Assembly (NCBI RefSeq): GCF_004010195.1
Contig: NC_057752.1
Coordinates: 9,002,766 to 9,066,765, forward strand
Source of the DNA: Chiloscyllium plagiosum
Taxonomy: Eukaryota
Length of the DNA: 64,000 nt
Direction of reading: 5' to 3'
The position numbers and the translations under genes are program-made. Of the stretch, positions 61,690 to 64,000 are shown one piece after another. The notes beneath the pieces were generated by a model, which saw only the letters and a list, made by a program, of their open reading frames with translations, searched no databases and had not been told where the DNA came from. Positions within the stretch are counted from its first letter, which is position 1. Every line of letters begins with the position of its first letter.

Positions 61690-64000
61690 AGAAATAGGAC
61701 AACAAAATGGACCAGGAGGCAGCTAATCGGCCCATTGAGACTGTTGTGCCCCTTGACAGGGTCACAGCCAGATCAGATTGTCATCAAACTTCACTTTTCC
61801 ACCAATCCTCCATGAGCCTGAGCTCTCTGTCCATCAAGCAACGGTTAAAATCAGCCTTGATTACATTCAGTTACCCCAGCCTCCACGGCTCTTGGGAAAG
61901 AGAATTTCAAAGACTGGATTTTCATAGAATAAATTCTTCCTAATCTCTGTCTTAAATGGCAGATGCCTTGTACTTAAACTGTGCCTCCTAGTTATAGATT
62001 CTACAAGAGGAAACATCGTTCCCCCATGTCAAGCCAACTCAGGTCATGTTTTAATAAGGTCACCTCTCATTCTTCTAAACTCCAATGGATATATGCCCAA
62101 ACTTTTCTTAATAGAATCAGCCTAGTAAACCTTCTCTGAACTGCCTCCAAAGCAAGTATGCCACTCAAGTAAGGAGGCCAAAACTGCGCACATGACTCTA
62201 GGTGCAGTCTCACTAAAGCTATGTGCAGTTGTAACAAAACTTCATTGCTTTCAAACTCAATTTCCCTTGCAATGAAGGCCAGCATTCCTAATTACTCGCT
62301 GTAACCGCATGCTGACGTTTTGTGATTCATGTAGGAGGACACCCAGATTCCTTTGTACCACAGCCTCTCTCAATTTAAAGAATATTCTGTTTGCCAAAGT
62401 GAACAACCTTGCATTTCCCTCGGTCAGTCCCTTTGCAGGCTCGGTGTCTTCTTTTGTATCGGAGTTAGGGGAGAAATAAAATGGGGAACTATATTGGGAA
62501 AGCCATATAGAACAACTATGGAAAACACTTAAAACAGAGCTTGGCAGAATGCAGGAAAATATGTTCTGCTGAATGGAAAGAAGCTAAATATTATGGAACT
62601 CCATAGATGGTAAAAACCTGAGGGAGCATTTGAGAATTAGAAAATAAGACCTACATCAAGTACATAGAAAACAGAGGAGGAGCATGGTAGAAACAAAAGA
62701 AATTAGGAGTGAAGGTTAAAAAAAATTGGCAAGGCAAAGAGGAACTACAAAATTACATTATCAAGGAATCTTCAAAACACACTATTTTACAGGCACATCA
62801 ATTAAAAAAAAAGGCGGCTGTAATAGGAGTGGAACCATTAAGGACAGACAGGATATACAGGTAATGATAGAGTGATATTAAATAATTATTTTGCCTCATT
62901 ATTTACCAAGGAATGGTAACAGGTAGAATCGATATTAAATGATGATATTAGTGATGAGATAATTACATGCAAAATAAAAAGTGGGGTGTATTGAATAAAC
63001 AAACTCAGGATAAAAACCCTGGTTCAGGTGGATTTCATCCATGTATTTTGAAAGAATCTAGGGCAGAGACAGTAGAAGCATTACCACTCATATTTCAGAA
63101 TGGATTCAAAAAATGTGTTGTGCCAGAGAACTGAGAAATAACTAACTTAATTTCTATATTTAAGAGGAACAGACATGCCCAGAGAATTACAGACCAGTCA
63201 ATTTAACATAAATGTTAGGAAAAATGATGGAATCCTGACTAAAAGGACAGAATACAAGGACATCTTTGATTTGATTTATTTATTGACACATGTATTTTGT
63301 TATAAAATACAGTGAAAAGCATTGTAGTGTTGCCATTCTCCAACAACATCTTAAAACACAAATAAACCAAAACATAACATAAAGGCAGAAGAATAAAGAA
63401 AAAAAAGTGTTCAATTTTACAGTCCTTCTTGTTAAGTGCTCTGCCATGGGACTGGGGGCATGAGTCTCTTTGCCGAGGTGACAGGGATAGGGAGGGATGT
63501 AGGGACAGGAGGAGATGCCAGAGAATGGGGAGGGGGTGTGGGCAATGGGGGAGGTAACAGCAATAGAAAGGGGCTGTAGGGGACTGGAGGAAGACAGATA
63601 TAGAAGTAGAAGTAATCAATAGTCAACATTGATTTCAACAAGGCAAAATCTTGTTTTCCCATTGAGGGCGATGGCAACAATTTACAGGAGCAAATTAATA
63701 AATTTGAAGAACAGGTAAATAATTAATAAATGAAGTTTCTGCACAAACAAATAGGAGGTATTGCATTTTGGTAGGAAGAACAGACAGATTTGTTTTTACT
63801 TGGAAGGTATAAATCTAAAGAGTCATACAGCATGGAAATAGAACCTTTGTTCCAACTCGTCCATACTGACCAGGTTTCTCAAACTAAACTAGTCCCATAC
63901 ACCTCTAAATCTTTCCTATTCATGTGTGCATGCAAATGTCTTTTAAATCTTGGAACTGTTCTTGCATCCACCACTTCCTCTGGCTGTTCCTTCCACATAT
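61690..64000. mobile_element. Old CR1 fragments (- 61690-62460, + 62460-63800 with an unclassified insert ~63265-63600, - 63820-64000)
   Basis: LVRLHLESCAQFWPP, NYRPVNLT and CR1 tail motifs. Confidence 0.75.

Overview
Vertebrate genomic DNA, almost certainly a shark (HE1-type SINEs, shark CR1 LINEs; carpet-shark origin is an inference). It holds two convergent spliced genes. LETMD1 is complete on + (9 coding exons, 3759-31388, 351 aa, all GT-AG and in phase). The last three coding exons of CSRNP2 lie on - (61398-51417; its 5' end is beyond the window). Introns and the intergenic gap are packed with often nested mobile elements: CR1 and L2 LINEs, HE1/Deu/Meta-type SINEs, Tc1/pogo-like MITEs, a decayed Gypsy element, a solo LTR, and at least three Penelope-like element (PLE) families. 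The most notable non-genic signal is a set of fold-back PLE insertions with 14-16 bp target-site duplications that carry minimal hammerhead-ribozyme cores (CTGAnGA-stem-GAAAC-GTC). One has captured a 110-bp copy of nearby DNA at its centre. TE boundaries are approximate and family names come from recognition, not from a database search.
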